Positions 10,201 through 17,703 of a stretch of 64,000 bases of DNA are shown here, piece after piece (positions within the stretch are counted from its first letter, which is position 1; each line of letters starts with the position of its first letter). The position numbers and the translations under genes are program-made. Below the pieces are notes generated by a model. The model was not told the origin of the DNA. It ran no database searches and was given only the letters and a program-made list of their open reading frames with translations. Origin of the DNA: Auanema rhodensis. Lineage: Eukaryota; Animalia; Nematoda. Where the stretch lies: the NCBI GenBank assembly GCA_964057225.1, contig OZ059899.1:9362001-9426000 (forward strand). The letters are read 5' to 3'.

Positions 10201-13200
10201 ACCATAGTAATAGGAAAAGGTCCTATGGCGGCATCTGGAATTGAGATAGGACCTATGCTAGATTTTAAAAGAGCATATTGATCAAAATCTAATTCTGGTC
10301 CTGTTTGCAAAGATATGTGGGAGGTACTATGTGGTGGAACTGTTACTGTGGACAAACTTATGATATTTACTGTTTTAGTTGTGGTTTTATATGCAAAACA
10401 ACCAGGTTTTACTAAGGGTGTTTCCATATTACCAACAATCAACTTTCCTTTACATAGTTTTAATGTAGTAAATATCTCTCTTTCTTCCAACGTACGCATA
10501 AAATCAGTACCAAGTAACATTTGTCCTGGACAGTCATTGTCTTCAGATATTAAAAATTCGTGTTCCACTTGGTAACCTGCTATACCCACATCTAACTTGC
10601 ATTTTCCCACAAAGCGAAACTCTGATCCATTTGCAGTGGATGCAGATTTAGAATATTTTGTAAAATATTGTCTTCCAATATATGCCAATGTGGAGAACGG
10701 AATATATGAGACCGTAGCTCCAGAATCCCATAATGCTAACAGTCCTCTACCTTCAATGTCAATATGAACAAACGGTAACATGTGTCCATTTTTCTTTGTT
10801 GTTGTGTGACATACAAAAGGTATGGCTAAAGGAATGTAAGTTATTATGGTGGGAAAATAGCTCCGCATCAATTCATCACTAACTGTTTCATGAATCTCAT
10901 CTCCCTCAAGTGGTGGAGCTGTTGGGCTCAACATGATATGGTTTATTTTTAACATAGAAGTAGGGGAGAGATAACATTTTATAGTGAAATATAATGCTAT
11001 CATTAGACATAATATCAGAGTTATACAACCGATGGTAATGAGTGTTCGTTCAATTGAACCTATACAAAAGTCAATGAACAGATCCCAATTGGAGAAAACA
11101 ATTTTCCTGGCATCTCTTATAAGTTTACTTCCTTTGAAGATGAAAGAGGAAATTTGAGGCCAATCATGTGAACGAGAAATTACGCGGAGAAGATCATGGT
11201 GAGGTGAAGTAGATAAACTATAACCATAAGTTAATCCAATAGATAGGGCTAAGGATTTTTCAGTCGAATTTTCAAACAAATTCCGCCCTGTGAATCGAAG
11301 TTTACTCAATTCAGCATAATGATCATGTTTTTCTGAATGAATACTATCTACTTTATGTGTGTCACCTTTATAATCTCTCCATGTTCCATTTTCATACCAA
11401 ATCTCTGTCTCTTTGTGTTCACAATTGATCTCATGTCCTTCAGTGCTCAAATCGTAGCTATCGATAGGAGCAAAGAATAATTGTTTATCGTGTGTTAAAA
11501 CAGGGGTCTCTGCATAACATTTATCATTGTAAGAATGATTACGATAAATGAAATGTGGTTCTATTTCCTGACAAGTTGTTATTTTTAAAACATTTCTTCC
11601 AACAAATCGGGCAACGATATCATCCCGCTGAAGCATAGCTCGTACTCCTATTGTAGGATGTATACGTAATATAGCTTGCCAGCTTTTTACAGTTTCCATT
11701 TGAGATTTACAGATGGTATGAAACTGTTGATGAAATTCGTCAATTATGGAGAGACGCGCTTTCTCAAACCCATAATTCAACTTATTATCTATTATCGTTT
11801 TAGTTTTATGCTCTGATTTGTGGAGAACATTGTCATATACTTCTGCTACATACAACTCTCGACCTCTCTCGTACGCATTAGGGGTAGGAGTTGTTAAACT
11901 ACGAATTGTAGTTTTGGTGGCAGTTATTGGGGTTACAGTAGTATGATGTACCATATTTTTATCAGTTGTAATTTGAGTTTTAACCCAACTTATGAATTCT
12001 AAAACTTCTGTTTTATTGAATTTAGGATTTTCCTGTGGGTATTCGATGGACTGTGGAGGAAATCCATAATATGCTGTACTATTCTTTGTATAAAGGTTGT
12101 GATAGTCAGGCAGCTTGGATATAATTGCTAAATCTTGCTCTTGGTTATTTCTAACAGTAGCATCAGCTTTTTGTTGTCGACTGACTTGCATGTCACGAGA
12201 TATTTGTTCTTTTCCCGATTGTTGTTGGATCATGAATAACATGCCTTGAGCAGTTGCAATAATTTCAGATTGATTCATATTTCCACTGCGTGGTAATATA
12301 GATGGATATAAGGCTCTTGCCAACTGTTCGATTGATGGAACTGTTTGTGTACCATCAAGAATTGTGGCTTGATATACTACTGCGTGAGCCATCCCTCGAA
12401 AGAAATCTTCTATGGATGTTGTAGATTTCATCAAAGATCTTTTTAACCGAGGAACTTCTATACGACGAGCTACTTGAGTGATAAGATCATCCAATTTCAT
12501 GCTATTAATCACCTGTCTAGTAGCCAGTTTAATTTCCTCTATACCCACACATTGTAAAATCAAAAGATTGGGATCTTTGAAATTATTAGACTTTGCCCAG
12601 TTAGTTATGTGATCTTTTGTCAATCCTAAACTAACAATTGTGTCAATGAACAGTGGATTATCTATCGCGAATTGGAGCAAACTCTCATAAGATGATGTAG
12701 CTGCATATCTCATATATTTTGCGTAAAACTTAGTGATAGATGCAGATCCAAAAATGAAAGTAGGTCTTAGAAATGGAAACGCATATGGTTGGGATTTCGC
12801 ATTAACAAAAAGATAATCATCACTGAAAGAGCGATGTTTTTGAGGTAATGCATTACGTTTATTTCTGCGTTTATCAGCATTAAGCAAAGTATTGGAAAGA
12901 TCAAGCAAATTATAAACACGGGGATATGCTGTGAATCGGATAATTGCCTCAGAAGATGATTCAAAAACAGCGAATTCGAAACAAGATTGAACGTGAGCGG
13001 ATGTGGAATGATTTTGGAGAACAAAAGCGCTTTCAATAGAGTGAACTAGAAGAATATGATCACCCAACATGGCGGAGAAGGGGCCAAGTTTTTGATAGTG
13101 ACAGACAACTGATGGGATAGGTGGTTGCCAGATAACTGCACCTTCACCAGTTGCACAAAACCCTTCATTTCCTTTACAATTATCAGTATTTATAAATAAG

Positions 13201-14855
13201 TCTGATACAATGTGATCTTCTTTCAATCTAGTTATTATCCCTCGCTTCAATACAAATTGTTCAATTTCTACACATTCTTCAGTGGACCAAGAGCGAGTTG
13301 GATTATGCTCGTTTAATGGTGTTTCAAAAACTGAATGCTGTTGGGCATTCATGATTTTATCATTCCACATACGATTTCTATGTGCTCGAACACAATCTTT
13401 CTTATCTACTGTTTCAATATGAGAGAATGTGGTGTTACGATCTCTCAAAAACATGAAATCTCTCACACAGCTTTTATACTTTTTCACATAGCATTTCCAT
13501 GCTTCCCATGACTCTATCTCAGCCTTTGGTAGATATATTTCTACCTCAACACTGTGAGCCTTTTCAATTTCTGCCTTATGGCAGCCTGTGACCACAGGAG
13601 GTGTTACTAATATACCCCCTTCAGATTGAGCGCAAATCTGATATTTTGCCGACCCAAAGGGAAGGCATGAGAGTGCCAATAAAGTCAGGCACAACGTGAC
13701 CGGTGGCATGAATGGGGTCGCTACGCTGTATACCCTTGAGTTACCATTCCCATTGGCTGATGGTCTTTGTCTTCTTGGGGAACTAGGCCTAGGGTTCCAA
13801 GACGAGCTATTGGCATTTCTGCCATTGGCAAATGGGCGGTTTCCCGGGTTAGGACGCCTATTCATATTCCCGTTCTGCGAGTTATTATTATTATAACGTA
13901 CGGCAGAAGGTCGCTCTCTCTCTCGCTCATAATCATTAGAGCCATTATTGTGCTGAGTCCAGTTATTATTTTTTTTATTATTTTTATTATTTTTATAATT
14001 TTTATTATTATTATTATTCCTACTTCTTTCTCTTTCTTCACTAAAGCTTAATTTATGCTGTAAAGCATTTATGAGCTCCTTCAAGGTGCTGGTGTCTTCA
14101 TTTCTTTTCATGAAGCTATTACGAACGCCTTCTTCAAACCTAGCTAATTTCTTAGCTTGTTCATAAGTGGCGGGGTTTTTAGTTAAAACCGCAATACCCA
14201 GTTCCTCTTTTAAACCATTTAAAAATGCCGTTTTCAACATTGGTTCCCGCTCGGGATCCATTGGTGACATTATGGTGCTTGCCATTCTCTCTAATTCCAT
14301 ACTAAAATCAAGAACAGATTTATCTCCTTGTTGTACTCGATGAATAAGCGCTATGGTGAAATTTTTATCTGTTTTAGGCGCTAAAAGCTCAGTGAGCTGA
14401 TCCATCAAAACAATCCATGATCCATTAGTTCTTATGCCACTAGGAATACTATTATACAAGGAGAGAGCTGTTTCATTTGATTCCAAAAGAAGAGGCAAAA
14501 TTAATAGTCTCTCAGGTAAGCTTAGATTCATAACATTAAAAAATCTATTTAAAGATTCAACAAAAGAACGAAAGCTACGAGAGCCGTCATACCTGGGACA
14601 GAGATGGCAATTCAAAATAGTTGCCATATTTCTAGAGGGTGGAGCAACATTAGAATTAGGAGATGGAGAGGTAGGAGTCATTTTTCTTTCAAAAGCTTTA
14701 GTTATAGCAGCGGCCCACCGACTTGGTGATCTATTTCGTACTGTAGTAGGTGCCCGAGGTGTTTCCTCAGTGATGGCCTTTCTGCTTTTACTTCTCGTTC
14801 TAATTGTTAGAGAAGAAGAGTGAGAAGAAGAAGAGGAATCACCTTCTTCTCTCAA
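7248..14855 (-). CDS. Gag-Env-Pol polyprotein (Gag CA, signal peptide, gB-like glycoprotein, TM, aspartic protease, RT, RNase H, integrase). Start uncertain: first ATG at 14681, frame open from ~15000
   Basis: 2535-aa ORF. Gag: RYDGSRSF, QQGDKSVLDF, FLNGLKEEL. PR: ALWDSGA (10719-10727). RT: FDLISGFFQI, MPMGL, YLDD (9423-9434). RNase H: ESDGS, EVEAL, TDH, DALSR. IN: HHCC, HVD/TDNG/NGQVER and FEGPY. Confidence 0.95.
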   Translation of the reverse strand: MREEGDSSSSSHSSSLTIRTRSKSRKAITEETPRAPTTVRNRSPSRWAAAITKAFERKMTPTSPSPNSNVAPPSRNMATILNCHLCPRYDGSRSFRSFVESLNRFFNVMNLSLPERLLILPLLLESNETALSLYNSIPSGIRTNGSWIVLMDQLTELLAPKTDKNFTIALIHRVQQGDKSVLDFSMELERMASTIMSPMDPEREPMLKTAFLNGLKEELGIAVLTKNPATYEQAKKLARFEEGVRNSFMKRNEDTSTLKELINALQHKLSFSEERERSRNNNNNKNYKNNKNNKKNNNWTQHNNGSNDYERERERPSAVRYNNNNSQNGNMNRRPNPGNRPFANGRNANSSSWNPRPSSPRRQRPSANGNGNSRVYSVATPFMPPVTLCLTLLALSCLPFGSAKYQICAQSEGGILVTPPVVTGCHKAEIEKAHSVEVEIYLPKAEIESWEAWKCYVKKYKSCVRDFMFLRDRNTTFSHIETVDKKDCVRAHRNRMWNDKIMNAQQHSVFETPLNEHNPTRSWSTEECVEIEQFVLKRGIITRLKEDHIVSDLFINTDNCKGNEGFCATGEGAVIWQPPIPSVVCHYQKLGPFSAMLGDHILLVHSIESAFVLQNHSTSAHVQSCFEFAVFESSSEAIIRFTAYPRVYNLLDLSNTLLNADKRRNKRNALPQKHRSFSDDYLFVNAKSQPYAFPFLRPTFIFGSASITKFYAKYMRYAATSSYESLLQFAIDNPLFIDTIVSLGLTKDHITNWAKSNNFKDPNLLILQCVGIEEIKLATRQVINSMKLDDLITQVARRIEVPRLKRSLMKSTTSIEDFFRGMAHAVVYQATILDGTQTVPSIEQLARALYPSILPRSGNMNQSEIIATAQGMLFMIQQQSGKEQISRDMQVSRQQKADATVRNNQEQDLAIISKLPDYHNLYTKNSTAYYGFPPQSIEYPQENPKFNKTEVLEFISWVKTQITTDKNMVHHTTVTPITATKTTIRSLTTPTPNAYERGRELYVAEVYDNVLHKSEHKTKTIIDNKLNYGFEKARLSIIDEFHQQFHTICKSQMETVKSWQAILRIHPTIGVRAMLQRDDIVARFVGRNVLKITTCQEIEPHFIYRNHSYNDKCYAETPVLTHDKQLFFAPIDSYDLSTEGHEINCEHKETEIWYENGTWRDYKGDTHKVDSIHSEKHDHYAELSKLRFTGRNLFENSTEKSLALSIGLTYGYSLSTSPHHDLLRVISRSHDWPQISSFIFKGSKLIRDARKIVFSNWDLFIDFCIGSIERTLITIGCITLILCLMIALYFTIKCYLSPTSMLKINHIMLSPTAPPLEGDEIHETVSDELMRSYFPTIITYIPLAIPFVCHTTTKKNGHMLPFVHIDIEGRGLLALWDSGATVSYIPFSTLAYIGRQYFTKYSKSASTANGSEFRFVGKCKLDVGIAGYQVEHEFLISEDNDCPGQMLLGTDFMRTLEEREIFTTLKLCKGKLIVGNMETPLVKPGCFAYKTTTKTVNIISLSTVTVPPHSTSHISLQTGPELDFDQYALLKSSIGPISIPDAAIGPFPITMVVSNNSSKPIKINKNDHIGSGLIASKEIMNDYVPPEADWEDKLPTFPQHLLDDLNFNSCTLSHKMKKNLITIIKENQTAFFNHDHNIGLFCGPVEHAIPIRSDMDFPKSRSYRVPLGKQEEVERQVKEMLSQGIIENSTATFTSPVVLVKKKDNSFRFVTDFRALNSVTKKQTYSIPHIPDIIDLAAGAQFFSNFDLISGFFQIPLKRSDRHLTAFTTPSGTYQYCRMPMGLCGAPHTFQSAVRYLQSLVRCKLFVYLDDLLIISNSADEHLRDIQEVLKKVTELGLKIKLSKCCFAATEVKFLGFVIGRNGVKPDPAKIQAVSEFPNPSTVTAVRSFLGMTNYFRRFIQNYAGIAEPLYKLTHKDTPFEWKSEHADAFKTLKTSLCTAPVLKPPKADQPFVIESDGSMIAVGAVLLQSAEKNSPLHPIAFASRKLTPAERKYPPIEVEALGLVFALQQFRTYVLGVPTTVITDHRPLTSLMSRKDLIGRLAKYQLMIQDFNIKIEYRPGKLNSVCDALSRYIGNEANDSRPTKPKDKVKPVDAFIAHITTISSIDQLNCEEIRKVQAGVPWIREALSQINNDNCPANISDRYEEREGILHAKQAKNYLKPSIILPRNDKITDVVIKFFHEDSKIGAHLGINKTTDAIRRRFFWTNMVPQITEFINRCTKCASRKSNPHQSYIQPMGRFVIPEKPFDRIHVDKLGPLPRTNDGHRYILSIQDAFSKWGTTCPLITQTATEITKAFVIRFVFIYGPPMSMITDNGSSFLSSEFQAMCKQFGIKHTTTLPYHKNANGQVERLHRTLEEALSSFVNEQQTNWDIHLPKVMFAINTLPNSSTSISPYVVLFGRDARLPIDHQLPGNNLQTEEPANPTEDFVNRSLIQNESTSNIVKDRIETCTKKNEQRYNTRNRTQNKEIQVNDLVMIKVNSTRNKLTPSFEGPYLVTAVQRSFVVVQTDKGKSRRVHKDFVKPYQRTTSIPVITIS
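10980..13700 (-). other. env: Envelope glycoprotein domain (class III fusogen, herpesvirus gB/chuvirus G-like) within the polyprotein
   Basis: Internal signal peptide VTLCLTLLALSCLPFGSA, Cys-rich ectodomain with ~8 N-glycosylation sequons, furin sites KRRNKR and RLKR, gB-like segment ICKSQ..W..ILRIHPT...DDIVARFVGRNVLKITTC...CYAETPV, and TM LITIGCITLILCLMIALYFTI. Confidence 0.8.
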
Positions 14856-15994
14856 AAATTCAAAAGGAGAGAGGTAGGTGGATGGAGTATTTAAGTTTTT
14901 AGAATTAAATTCAAAAACTTGGCGTACCTCTGGTGATCCTTGTTCCTGATCTTTGTTTTCCTCGCTGATGTCCGAGTCCGACAGGGTGGCTGGTGAATAC
15001 AGTTAGATGAATATAAGAGCGCGTACTGGAAGCAACTAGACTCCAGTAAAAACGTTTGTGACAATGGCGTCTGATGAAGGAGGATCGTTGAAGCTTCAAG
15101 CTCCGCCTCCAGCCATGTGTCACGACACCAGATGTTAGCGCTTATGGTAAACAACCATTGACCGTCTGTCGTGATATTTGAATATTATAATCACTTATGT
15201 CAGCTTAGAGACAAATAAGGAATCACAGATGGTGCCTTAAGCCTGTTTGAAAACTTTTGAATTTTAACAGCTGTTATTGACTACACATATCGAACAGCTG
15301 GTACGCGTGGGCCAACTATTTGAATGTGAGTAAGCTTAAAGTAAACAAAAATGTCTCATCTCGTATATTAAGTTCAATTTTATAAAGTTTATTAAGATTT
15401 GTAGAAAGAATTTCAAAATAAATCTTAATTAAGATAATTTTTAATTTGATTTCAAAAGATTTAGAAGGTAATTTAAGATTGATATAGGAATTTAAATTCA
15501 GTAATCTGTCAATAATATAGGAAAAAGGAAACGTTGGCAGACGTAGAGTGGACTTGGGTGGGTAGGAATTTAAATGTTCTTATTATCTCTGAACTAATAA
15601 GAAAAGAGTTAACAGGAGTAGAACCCTGATGAACCCTTGGATGTGAATCAAAATAAAAAATCGTAAATAAAATTATCCCACCAGCCTCCAGCTTCCAAAC
15701 AACTCAGCTAAAAAGTGAGCTCTGTTGCCACACTGGACATTCACATCATAAAGTAATGAATCAAAATAGCACGCGCGTGCATAACAAAAAGGTAACGCTC
15801 GTCAAAACTATTGTCTGATAGTTTCCCCAAACGTCTCAGACACCTCCCAGTTTTCGTTGAGCGGAGGAGAAGTGGTAGCCAAAATAATTTTTGGGGAAAT
15901 CATGGTGCACGGCTCGGTTACTCCTCACTGTTGGGTAATTAAGTCCAAAAGTCTCGTAAACTTGCTGTCAATAAATTAACAGTAAAGTAAGCAA

Positions 15995-16007
15995 GGTGGA
16001 ACCTCCA
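15995..16007 (-). promoter_or_regulatory. Primer-binding site complementary to the tRNA-Gln 3' end (copy 1)
   Basis: TGGAGGTTCCACC directly after the 5' LTR, the complement of ...GGTGGAACCT-CCA of eukaryotic tRNA-Gln. Confidence 0.88.
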
Positions 16008-16388
16008 CGTTACATATCGTTTCTTCCCGTCTTTTCATGGTCGGAAGATATATGTACTTCTACCTTGTTCCTTAGGTAGGCAGACCCGAACGCCCCGATT
16101 TCCTTATTAAGACAAATACTCAAAGAGAAAAGGATTCATTATCAGATAACAAGAAAATACAATATAAGAATTACATTAAGAAAGAATATAAAGAGATATA
16201 ATGAAGTATTAAATAGAGTATATATATAGATGATATAGAGATGAGACTCACATGGCTATAAGACAACCTATCTGGGTTAGGCCAGAAGCAAGAGTGCCAT
16301 GTGTGTCCCATGTTGTAGGCGGGGCTTGTTCAGGCTCCCGCTATTTGAATAGCGCGCACATGTTTACCATGTGCTAGCAGATGTGACA
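16008..16388 (-). repeat. 5' LTR of Gypsy copy 1 (381 bp)
   Basis: Direct repeat of 6267-6647; followed by the PBS; flanked by TSD CTCC. Confidence 0.97.
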
Positions 16389-16611
16389 CTCCAACAGAAC
16401 AGACTGATCCTGATTTCTCTATGATTACATAAAACTCCCGTTTGATATAAAAAAAGGAGAGGAATAACGTTTCCAGGATGTCAAGGATATCGAATCTAGT
16501 GATATTGTAGAAAAATGTAATGTCAGCTCCATAGGTTTTCTCCTAATTTCTCTCATCACAATTGTCTTAGTTTTTTTTCTCATAAGAGTTTCTGAAATCT
16601 TTGTTGAACAA

Positions 16612-16684
16612 GGTCGCGTGGCGCAATGGATAACGCGTCTGCCTACGGAGCAGAAGATTATAGGTTCGAATCCTGCCGTGGTCG
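16612..16684 (+). tRNA. tRNA-Arg(ACG), variant B
   Basis: C3T, G49A copy. Confidence 0.8.
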
Positions 16685-17630
16685 TAAATTTTTTTCATTT
16701 CACTTGTCATTTACAAAAATCGAATTTATCTTCTTCAACGATTATTTTTGCAATGTGTCATAAGAATTTCACAGTTGAACAAAACGTTTTTTAAGAAGTT
16801 TTTTTGTTGTCAACATATATATTTTGCTGGAATTCAAAAGCATTTGGGATGGAAATTAGAAAGAAAAGAACTAGTTTTTCCTACTCTAAAACAAACAATA
16901 AGAAATAAAATGAAAAAGATTGTTAGATATCCAATTTAAACTTATACATTTACTTCGATAAAGAGCCTATTAGATTGAAATTTTATGTCTTACAGTTCTC
17001 CAACAGAACAGACTGATCCTGATTTTTCTACGATTACATAAAACTCTCGTTTGATATAAAAAAAGGAGAGGAACAACGTTTCCAGGATGTCAAGGATATC
17101 GACTCTAGTGATATTGTAGAAAAATGTAATGTCAGCTCCATAGGTTTTCCCCTAATTTCTCTCATCACAATTGTCTTAGTTTTTTTCTCATAAGAGTTTC
17201 TGAAATCTTAGGTGAACAAGGCCGTATGAAATTTCCTGTAATTCGAAAGCATTTGGGATGGAAATTAGAAAGAAAAGAACTAGTTTTTCCTACTTTAAAA
17301 CAAACAATAAGAAATAAAATGAAAAAGATTGTTAGATATCCAATTTAAACTTATACATTTACTTCGATAAAAAGCCTATTAGATTGAAATTTTATGTCTT
17401 ACAGTTCTCCAACAGAACAGACTGATCCTGATTTCTCTACGATTACATAAAACTCTCGTTTGATATAAAAAAAGGAGAGGAATAACGTTTCCAGGATGTC
17501 AAGGATATCGAATCTAGTGATATTGTAGAAAAATGTAATGTCAGCTCCATAGGTTTTCTCCTAATTTCTCTCATCACAATTGTCTTAGTTTTTTTTTCTC
17601 ATAAGAGTTTCTGAAATCTTAGTTGAACAA

Positions 17631-17703
17631 GGCCGCGTGGCGCAATGGATAACGCGTCTGCCTACGGAGCAGAAGATTGTAGGTTCGAATCCTGCCGTGG
17701 TCG
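17631..17703 (+). tRNA. tRNA-Arg(ACG), major type
   Basis: Same 73-mer. Confidence 0.93.

Larger units (their letters stand above)
6267..16388 (-). mobile_element. Complete Ty3/Gypsy LTR retrotransposon (endogenous-retrovirus-like) with gag-env-pol single ORF, copy 1
   Basis: Two 381-bp LTRs (2 mismatches), 4-bp TSD CTCC (6263-6266 and 16389-16392), PBS, PPT, and an intact ORF with PR-RT-RH-IN order. Confidence 0.97.

Noticed and set aside
7559-15154. Small overlapping/antisense ORFs inside the Gypsy element (and their mirrors in copy 2)
   Set aside because: No recognisable motifs; presence in both copies only reflects recent duplication.
15995-16007. Idea that the elements are primed by the array's own tRNA-Arg
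   Set aside because: The PBSs match tRNA-Gln (Gypsy) and tRNA-Gly (BEL/Pao), not the ...CGTGGTCG-CCA end of tRNA-Arg.
6263-16392. Ty3-style position-specific integration at the Pol III start site
   Set aside because: Insertions lie about -73, -220 and +204 (from the tRNA 3' end) relative to tRNA genes, not at a fixed position near the start site.
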